A stretch of 64,000 nucleotides of DNA from Pseudomonadota bacterium (GTDB lineage: Bacteria > Pseudomonadota > Alphaproteobacteria > Caulobacterales > Hyphomonadaceae): the NCBI GenBank assembly GCA_039817025.1, contig JBCBWQ010000001.1:25422-89421 (forward strand). The letters run 5' to 3'. The stretch's first letter is position 1, and every line of letters starts with the position of its first letter. The notes beneath the pieces were generated by a model. The model had not been told where the DNA came from, made no database searches, and was given only the letters and a program-made list of their open reading frames with translations. The position numbers were made by a program, and so were the translations under genes. Below, piece by piece: positions 53,457 through 60,873 of this stretch.

Positions 53457-54277
53457 TACCGATTGCCGGTCTGGATACCTCAACGGCGCTGACCCTTGTG
53501 GATGCCACACGGGACCGGCAGATTGAGGTGCTGCGAAGCGCGCCCGAACACGCGCGTGCGATCACCGCGTTTCGGGAACGCATCGCAGATATCCAGACGG
53601 CAGAACAGCTGATCGACGACCGCGAGCTTTACGTGTTCGTCATGAAATCCTTTGATCTGGAAGATCAGATTTTCGGAAAAGCGCTCATCCAGAAACTGCT
53701 GGAAAGCAATGTCGATGACCGCACCGGCCTTGTGAACCGCCTGACCGACGCGCGTTTCCGCGAGATGCACGACACGCTCGGCTTTGGCGAAGACGGAATT
53801 GGCAACACCAACGTGCTGGACGCGCGTTGGCGTGAAGACATGGTTGATCGGTATCTAGAAGCGCAGTTCATCGCGGACGTTGCCGATCAGAACAACAATG
53901 TCGCCGCCGTGCTGGAGTTCCGCAACAAGGCGTCTGAAATCGAGACGCCGATCGATATTCTGAAGGACGCCGATACTGCGGCGTTCATTCGCCGCGCGCT
54001 GGGACTTCCCGACGCAATCGCGCAGGTGAACATCGACCGCCAAGCGGAACTCATCGCTTCGCGGCTCGACCTTGAGACACTGTCTGACCCCGAAGTGGTC
54101 GACAAGCTCGTGCGCAAGTATGTGGCGCTGAGCAACGTATTTGACACTCAGCAGGTGACGCAGAATGCCGCCGTTCAGCTGATGCAAAGCGCAGTGGTCG
54201 CCGGTGGATCGTTTCAACCGATCGCCTTGGATATCTCTGCGGTAAGCCGCCTTTCCACTCAAGCGCGTTCGCTTTGA
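53453..54277 (+). CDS. DUF1217-type flagellar protein
   Basis: ...AFRERIADIQTAEQLIDDRELYVFVMKSFDLEDQIFGKALIQKLLES... with a repeated module, in the usual position after flbT. Confidence 0.7.
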   Translation: MIPIAGLDTSTALTLVDATRDRQIEVLRSAPEHARAITAFRERIADIQTAEQLIDDRELYVFVMKSFDLEDQIFGKALIQKLLESNVDDRTGLVNRLTDARFREMHDTLGFGEDGIGNTNVLDARWREDMVDRYLEAQFIADVADQNNNVAAVLEFRNKASEIETPIDILKDADTAAFIRRALGLPDAIAQVNIDRQAELIASRLDLETLSDPEVVDKLVRKYVALSNVFDTQQVTQNAAVQLMQSAVVAGGSFQPIALDISAVSRLSTQARSL

Positions 54278-54452
54278 ACCCGGGAGGCACCATAGCACTA
54301 GTACAGAATGTCGGCCGGCTCTAACCAGAGCCCTTACGCACCAAAACCACAGTAGTCGCAGACGCGATGCGATCACCCCCGGCGACGACGCCGGACCTGC
54401 CAGAGCCGCCCGGTTCCGGCACGCGCTAGGGCTTTGCTTTCCGGTTGGGGAA

Positions 54453-56165
54453 GTGATGACGATGCTTTATTTTGAGTTGGACACCGGAGAAGCCGCTGTC
54501 GCACCGAATGCAAGCGAAATTGATAGCACCGCGCTTGGGGCACGGTATGTCAGTTATCGCAATGACGCTCGGTTTGAGGCCCATATCGACGAAATGGATC
54601 CGGGGCTCATTGTCTGGCCCGGTGGCGACCTTGCAGAACGCCGCGATGATCGGTTCGGCTTTGAGTATGACGACCTTTACAACGACACGGTCGATCGGCC
54701 TGGTCTGACAGAGATGATGGCGTTTGCGGTGTCACAGGATGCCGCCCTGTCGGTTGTCCTGCCGACCGTGCGATATCTTGGGCGTGAAAACGACCTCAGA
54801 AACGATGTCCAAGGGTTCATGGAAAAGCTCTTGGGCGGGGACTATGGCCCCTTGCCGAACGAACTGATCCTCGAAGTTGGGAGTGAATACTACGCCTACT
54901 TCGAAGACGGCGCGGAGAGCGCAGAAACTCACTACGCCACGCTTGCTGACATCATGGTCACAGAGATTGCATTGTCGTTGAACGATACGACGGTGAACCC
55001 AGGCGGTTTTGACGTGACGATTGCTGTTCAGGCCGGGCGTGAGTTGGCGCGGGATGCAGATATCCGTGATGGGCTCAGTGACTATGCGCTGCAAAACACC
55101 GAGATGGTAATCCATCATCGGTTCCCGGTTCAGACGCAGGGATTTGATGGCCGGATCGATGACCAGATAGAAATCAACGATGCTTGGGAGCAGGATGTCC
55201 AAGACGCCGGCGGTGATGAACCCGAGATGTTGGTTTCGGCTTGGAACGTGGCGCAAATCACACGCGGGTCTGCGCTGTCGATGTTTTTGAACGAGAACGA
55301 TGACGTCGCTGAGAGCGATGTCGATCTTGAAGCGCGCAACCATGTCGAGTTCGAGAGATATTGGCAGTCGCTCCTTAAGGACTATGACTATGGCGCGCGC
55401 CACCCAGGCCTGATTTTGGAAGGTTTCTCCACTTTTGCCGAGGCTGGGATGGATGCTGGTGCCGTGTTTGGCGTTGACGTCATTCATCCGGGGCGCTTGT
55501 CCTGGCGGGACGAGCAGGGCGACGACCATCTGTTTGCCGGTGGCGAAATGCTCAAGATGATCTACGAAAGTGTTGAGGGCACGCGCGCGCTTGCCTCTGA
55601 TGAAGACTATGATCGCACCGCATCCGCGACGACCTATGCGTTTGAAGGGGACGACAAGCTCGTTGTCTTTGTGGCTGCGGGTGCAGACGCGAGCACAGAG
55701 GTCGGGATAGAGATCGATGGTCTCGGCTCAGACTACGTTTCGGTGTTCGCAGATAGGCTTGCAATTGGTGAGAACGCGCATTGGATGACGGATTTTGGTA
55801 TCGTTGATAACCCACATGTGGACGAAAGCCCCGAAGCCGGAACCTATGCGCCCGGGGCGCGCACTGAAGCCGAAGTTTCGGTCTATGACGACGCGGTCGT
55901 GGTGCAACTGGGCACGCATGAGGTGGTTCGGTTGGCCTTCGCGAAAACCACGGATGCCGCGCACGAGTTGAGCGAGGTGTCTGAGGGGGATGAGGTTTTG
56001 CTGCAACTCGCAGATCTGCCCGTGCTGACACCACCACCGGGTAGCGGTGTGGGCGATTTGGGACAATCTGCCTTGTCTGGCGAAGGTGAGGGGGAGCTAG
56101 ATGCTGGTTGGGCAGGCGGAATGCTGGGAGGTTTGATTTTGCCCTTGCTCTTGCTTCTCCTTTGA
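54453..56165 (+). CDS. Large acidic protein with a C-terminal hydrophobic tail, function unknown
   Basis: 570 aa, D/E-rich, no N-terminal signal peptide seen. It ends ...GEGEGELDAGWAGGMLGGLILPLLLLLL*. Confidence 0.55.
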   Translation: MMTMLYFELDTGEAAVAPNASEIDSTALGARYVSYRNDARFEAHIDEMDPGLIVWPGGDLAERRDDRFGFEYDDLYNDTVDRPGLTEMMAFAVSQDAALSVVLPTVRYLGRENDLRNDVQGFMEKLLGGDYGPLPNELILEVGSEYYAYFEDGAESAETHYATLADIMVTEIALSLNDTTVNPGGFDVTIAVQAGRELARDADIRDGLSDYALQNTEMVIHHRFPVQTQGFDGRIDDQIEINDAWEQDVQDAGGDEPEMLVSAWNVAQITRGSALSMFLNENDDVAESDVDLEARNHVEFERYWQSLLKDYDYGARHPGLILEGFSTFAEAGMDAGAVFGVDVIHPGRLSWRDEQGDDHLFAGGEMLKMIYESVEGTRALASDEDYDRTASATTYAFEGDDKLVVFVAAGADASTEVGIEIDGLGSDYVSVFADRLAIGENAHWMTDFGIVDNPHVDESPEAGTYAPGARTEAEVSVYDDAVVVQLGTHEVVRLAFAKTTDAAHELSEVSEGDEVLLQLADLPVLTPPPGSGVGDLGQSALSGEGEGELDAGWAGGMLGGLILPLLLLLL

Positions 56166-56259
56166 TTCGACGTGCGCAACAGCGGTTTCGCCGCTGACCA
56201 TACGTTAACTTTTTCGGGCTGGCTCCACTCTTCTGTTTGGAGCGAGGGACGACAAAAAG

Positions 56260-56688
56260 CTAGGCGTTTTCGCTTGTATTCCGGTGCTGGGCTAGCAGAA
56301 GCACGAGTTGAGAGATCAGGGACACCTGTGACGGGTCCATCGTTCTTTGCAGAACAAAAAGAAGCTTTCGGCCGTCCTCGGTGGAAGACAAGTGATCCAG
56401 GCCGTTTGAAACGCTGCTTGTGTCAGGAATGACTTCGATCTCTGCAATCAGGCGTGATGCAGGTACACCCAGGGCATGTGATAGCTGCATGAGCCGGGAC
56501 ACGGACACCTTGTTTGTGCCTTCTTCGTATCGTTTGATTTGTTGTACCGATACTCCTGCGGCTGTCGCCAGATCCGCCTTGGTCAATCCGCCTTGCTTTC
56601 GGTAGCTGCGCAAGACCTCTCTGAGCGCCCGATCATATTCCGCGGGCGTCAATGGCGCCCCGATCATACGCTCCAAATTCTTCTTCAT
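56260..56688 (-). CDS. XRE-family regulator, PraR/PhrR-like (HTH plus C-terminal domain)
   Basis: LRSYRKQGGLTKADLATAAGVSVQQIKRYEEGTNKVSVSRLMQLSHALGVPASRLIAEIEV, then ...LSSTEDGRKLLFVLQRTMDPSQVSLISQLVLLLA. Confidence 0.8.
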   Translation of the reverse strand: MKKNLERMIGAPLTPAEYDRALREVLRSYRKQGGLTKADLATAAGVSVQQIKRYEEGTNKVSVSRLMQLSHALGVPASRLIAEIEVIPDTSSVSNGLDHLSSTEDGRKLLFVLQRTMDPSQVSLISQLVLLLAQHRNTSENA

Positions 56689-57201
56689 AGCAATCCCCTA
56701 GAACGTTTGGTCTCGGAAAGAGCGAAAGCCGCCTGCGCCGAAACCTACTCACAACACAACCACCACTTTCTTTGATGAACCCCGCTATAGGGTCTGTGGT
56801 GTATCACTCTTTTTGGTGTCGCACGCGACCAACATGCGGTGCCAATTTTCATCTTGCTGCGGCAGGTACCCCCCTCGGCCGACGAGCAGCACTCCGCATG
56901 AACGCAAAGGCCCAACACTCCGACAACGAGCGTTTTGTGCTGCGGCAGCGGCGTAAGCAATCTGTTAAATTTTTGACCAAATGGTAACATTTTTCATATG
57001 GTTCTGGATGACGTTTCACCCATTGGCATTGGATCGCCGGACACCCGGCGACGTCGTTTTGTCCACTCTTGAACAGCCAAGCAGCGATTTTCGCGCCCTT
57101 TTTGGTAGAGTGTCCCGCGTGGGCTGATTGTGTTGAAAGACTCTGCTTGAGCGACGCGTCGGCTGCTTATTCACTTCCCTTGAGGCAAGGGAGGTCTGGC
57201 G

Positions 57202-57690
57202 ATGATGGAGCCAAGGCAGGTGGCGCAGAGCGCGCTGTTCTACGAGCTCTCGATCGAGGATCATGTGTCACCGGATCATGTGTTGCGCGCGATGGACCGG
57301 TTCGTCGATCTCGGCGACATGCGCCGACATCTGGCGCCGTTCTACGGCACGACAGGTAGGCCCTCGGTCGATCCCGAGCTGATGATCCGGATGCTGATCG
57401 TTAGTTACGCCTTTTGGATCCGGTCGGAGCAGCGGCTTTGCGAGGAGGTACATCTCAATCTCGCGTATCGCTGGTTTTTGTCGCCTCGATCTGAGCGATC
57501 CGGTGCCCGACCACTCGACCTTCTCGAAGAACCGGCATTGACGGTTCCGAGATAGTGACCTCTTCCGGCACCTGTTCGAGAGCGTCGTCGCCCGCTGTAT
57601 CTCCGACGGCCTTGTCGGAGGTCAGACCTTCGCTTCGGATGCCAGCCTGATACGGGCGGATGCAAACAAGCAGTACGCAGCGGCCAAGGA
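57202..57690 (+). pseudogene. IS5/IS1182-family transposase N-terminal fragment with a frameshift and an in-frame stop
   Basis: ALFYELSIEDHVSPDHVLRAMDRFVDL...GRPSVDPELMIRMLIVSYAFWIRSEQRLCEEVHLNLAYRWF. After a +1 shift it reads CRLDLSDPVPDHSTFSKNRH*RFRDSDLFRHLFESVVARCI...ASLIRADANKQ. Confidence 0.75.
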
Positions 57691-57732
57691 CGACTCAGGC
57701 CCTGTTCGCGACAGGGGACACCGTCAGAAAAC

Positions 57733-57930
57733 GCCTCCATCGAGATGTTCAACGGGCGGTTTTGAGAAGAATTTGTGAGCAGACATTGGTTCATGGGCCC
57801 TGAAGATACGGCCGAAAAGTTGGAGGCTTGGCGTAGAGACTACAACGAAGAAAGACCGCACAGCGCCATTGGGAACAACGTCCCAGCAGCGCTGATGAAA
57901 TTGTCAGACGCATCCAGCCCGTCTGTGTGA
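57733..57930 (+). pseudogene. IS3-family OrfB C-terminal fragment with an in-frame stop
   Basis: ASIEMFNGRF*EEFVSRHWFMGPEDTAEKLEAWRRDYNEERPHSAIGNNVP. Confidence 0.7.
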
Positions 57931-58128
57931 TTAAAGTACGGAAAATCTAACCACAGGCGGGGACAATTCCGGTAGCACAGCAGAATGGCGGAAACTCTGA
58001 TAACTGCCGAGCGCACGTTGGTTAGCACATCATGACCAGATATAGGTCAAGGGTGAGTTCCAATTGAGTTTTTGGCATCGGTCAAAACAATGCTTCATTG
58101 CCTGTTGTTAACCATCGACCTTGCCAAG

Positions 58129-58144
58129 TTAACCCGCCGTTAAC
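58129..58144 (+). promoter_or_regulatory. Perfect CtrA-type box TTAACCCGCCGTTAAC, plus a TTAACCAT half-site at 58108-58115
   Basis: Read directly, 48-84 nt upstream of the PAS-GGDEF-EAL start (58192). Confidence 0.55.
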
Positions 58145-58191
58145 CAGCGAAAGCAACCTCCCCAAGGCGCACCTTTGGAGACAGAGCATCG

Positions 58192-60804
58192 TTGCAACTA
58201 TTGGAATGGTTTAATCAGACGTCTGAATTTGCCACAGACGGAATCATTGTATTTGAAGATGGGCCACAGCGAACAGTCTTCTGCAATGATGCGTTTTGCG
58301 AGCAATCCGGCTACGCGCGAAACGAAGTGATAGGTCAACCGCCGCACTTGTTTCTTGGGAGTAGCTCAGATGAAGGGACCAAACCTCTAATAGCAGGCAC
58401 GCCGACCGCCAAACAAAGAGTTTTCAAGCGCCTCCAGAATTTTCGAAAAGACGGTAGACCGTATCTTGTGAACCTTGCACTGCAACGGGTCGCCTGCGCT
58501 AGTGAGCGAAAACAGTATTGGATTGGTCTTCAAAATGATCTTTCTAGGACTGAAAGTAACGAGCACAGACTTGCTATGGCTCAGACAGAGGCAGGGCTGT
58601 TTGAAAAGCGTTTGTGGGACGCAATTGAAGCCCTTCCAGATGCGTTTGTCATGTACGACAAAAACGACCGTCTCATCGCATGTAATGACAAATATAGAGA
58701 ATTCTACGCTGCTTCCGCGGACGCAATTTTTCCCGGTGCACACTTTCAGGATATCGTGCTTTGTGGCATCAAGAACGGCCAGTATCCGGAAGCTGTGGGG
58801 CGCGAAGAAGAGTGGTTGGACGAGTGGCGCGCCCGGCACAGAAAACCGGCACAACCCATTGAAAGACAGTTATCAGATGACCGTTTCATTGTGCTGCATG
58901 ACGTCATCACGGACAACGGGGATTTGGTTGGGCTCCGCACGGATGTAACAGAACTTCACAAGCAAAAGAAACAGCTCGAAGAACAGATGAAGTTCGTTGA
59001 GTTGTTGCTCAACCGAAACCCGGCTATCGTCATGTCACAAACCCGGAATTGGGCAATCCAAACCTGCTCCGATGCGTGGACCCAACAGTTTGGGTACAGC
59101 CGGGAAGAAACTGTCGGTCGCGATCTTACGGACTTTATGCCGACAGAGGATGCGAAGGTAAGCAAGACGTTCCGTGAAAGTGACCTTCTGGGTAGCTCCG
59201 GTCCTCCAATCGTCAAAAACGTCCTGACTTTGCTGACCAAGCAAGGCGAAAGGCGGTCTGTCGAGCTTCAGTCGATCATCGAAAACGAAGATGGCGATTG
59301 GCGCAACATCATCGCCATGACCGACATATCACCGATTGTGCGCGCCAGAGATGAACTCCAGCGGCTCGTTGAGAATGATGAGCTCACCGGTCTGAAGTCC
59401 AGACGAGGGCTTCGGCGCAGATTCACAGATGGTGAGAGAAAAACTGACTACGGATTCTTTCTCATCGATCTTGACTACTTCAAATCTGTAAACGACGGGT
59501 ATGGCCATGAGGCGGGCGACCGGCTTTTGCAAGCCGTAGCAGACAGTCTTGTTGACATTACGGAGACCGTTGGCTGCCCATTTAGACTTGGCGGTGAAGA
59601 GTTTGCCGTCGTCCGCCCCTGGGACGGGTGGGCCGAAGCTGCGTTGTTCGCGGAAGAGCTTCGCAGGAAACTCGAACAAGCCTCAGTCTTGTTTCAAGGC
59701 AAACTTATCCAGCGCACAGCCAGTATTGGTTACATTGAGGTTAAGGAAAACGACGAGCTTTCGACAGCGATGCACCTGGCAGATCTTGCGCAGCGCGAGG
59801 CCAAATCGTCAGGGCGAAACAAGTCGCTGCCGGCGGACGCGGAGATGCTGCGTTCGTTGGAGCGGCGAGGCGCCTTCATCGGAATTGACCACATTCAGGC
59901 GGCTCTGGACGCAGGCGAGTTCTACTACGACGTTCAGCCGATCGTACATGCTGGCAATGACCGCATCGCCGGGTTTGAGGCTCTAATTAGATGGCAAAAA
60001 CCCAATGGCGATATCGTAATGCCGGACATGTTTATAGAGCCATTGCATGAAGTTGTGCGTCAGCCATTTTTTGGAAAGCTGAAAAATGAACTTCGCGTTG
60101 ATGTTGTCAAAAGCTTGGCTCAGTTCAAAGGCCGATATGTTGGGTTCAACTTTGTGCTTGAAGAGATTGCACATCCAGGTGCGGCCGAGAAGATCTACAA
60201 GGCATTTTGCGGAACGATCGAGGAAAGTAACATCCGAATACTCATCGAAATCTCTGAGCGAGCTTTTCACTCGCGCGTGGACTCAGAGATGCTTATCGGC
60301 GAGTTGGAGAAATTACGCGATATGGGCTTTCTCATAGCGCTCGATGATTTCGGTGTTGAATCCAGTAACATACAGAGACTGCAACAATTCCCAATCGATG
60401 TCGTGAAACTCGACAGAAGCCTAATTCGCGAGCTGGTCGACAACGAACGACAGCGAACAACGGTTTTTTCCATTGCACGCATGATCGAGAACCTTGGACT
60501 AACGTGCATTGTCGAGGGCGTCGAAACAGAACAGCAGGCCCAAATGCTTCAAGAGATGGGGCTAGTCGTCCATCAGGGCTTCTTTCACGCGAGACCAATG
60601 TCGCCTGAGGCAATTGTTGCACGTCAGCAGGACAAAGGCGGCCAACCCGACGCGGTTCACGGCGACGCAAGCGCACCTTGCGGTGTGTCGAACCCTACGC
60701 CCAAGGCACCGCGTCAGGGCGCTGACCCTGAACCCAACTCTCCCACATCGCCCGACGAAGAAGCTCAAACCCCTCCAATTGTAGAGCGACCGGCGCTGGA
60801 TTGA
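58192..60804 (+). CDS. Multi-PAS GGDEF-EAL c-di-GMP turnover protein
   Basis: 870 aa with a TTG start. PAS-like repeats; FLIDLDYFKSVNDGYGHEAGD...RLGGEEFAVV (GGDEF); FEALIRWQ...EISE...LDDFG...KLDRSLI...EGVETEQQ...HQGFFHARP (EAL with catalytic motifs). Confidence 0.9.
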   Translation: MQLLEWFNQTSEFATDGIIVFEDGPQRTVFCNDAFCEQSGYARNEVIGQPPHLFLGSSSDEGTKPLIAGTPTAKQRVFKRLQNFRKDGRPYLVNLALQRVACASERKQYWIGLQNDLSRTESNEHRLAMAQTEAGLFEKRLWDAIEALPDAFVMYDKNDRLIACNDKYREFYAASADAIFPGAHFQDIVLCGIKNGQYPEAVGREEEWLDEWRARHRKPAQPIERQLSDDRFIVLHDVITDNGDLVGLRTDVTELHKQKKQLEEQMKFVELLLNRNPAIVMSQTRNWAIQTCSDAWTQQFGYSREETVGRDLTDFMPTEDAKVSKTFRESDLLGSSGPPIVKNVLTLLTKQGERRSVELQSIIENEDGDWRNIIAMTDISPIVRARDELQRLVENDELTGLKSRRGLRRRFTDGERKTDYGFFLIDLDYFKSVNDGYGHEAGDRLLQAVADSLVDITETVGCPFRLGGEEFAVVRPWDGWAEAALFAEELRRKLEQASVLFQGKLIQRTASIGYIEVKENDELSTAMHLADLAQREAKSSGRNKSLPADAEMLRSLERRGAFIGIDHIQAALDAGEFYYDVQPIVHAGNDRIAGFEALIRWQKPNGDIVMPDMFIEPLHEVVRQPFFGKLKNELRVDVVKSLAQFKGRYVGFNFVLEEIAHPGAAEKIYKAFCGTIEESNIRILIEISERAFHSRVDSEMLIGELEKLRDMGFLIALDDFGVESSNIQRLQQFPIDVVKLDRSLIRELVDNERQRTTVFSIARMIENLGLTCIVEGVETEQQAQMLQEMGLVVHQGFFHARPMSPEAIVARQQDKGGQPDAVHGDASAPCGVSNPTPKAPRQGADPEPNSPTSPDEEAQTPPIVERPALD

Positions 60805-60873
60805 TCGCGCACGCGAGATCGCTCGACAGCCGCGCGCATAAGCAAATTCTCTTCGACAGAAAGCGCAATTTCG

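Noticed and set aside
54278-54452. A possible c-di-GMP riboswitch or other structured leader upstream of the 570-aa ORF and of the c-di-GMP genes.
   Set aside because: No GEMM-like conserved segments were recognisable by eye. A covariance-model search (Rfam/Infernal) would be needed.
54732-55529. A 265-aa ORF antisense to the 570-aa acidic protein gene.
   Set aside because: The plus-strand ORF is longer and has consistent acidic composition and GC3. This is not fully excluded, and I noted it under that finding.
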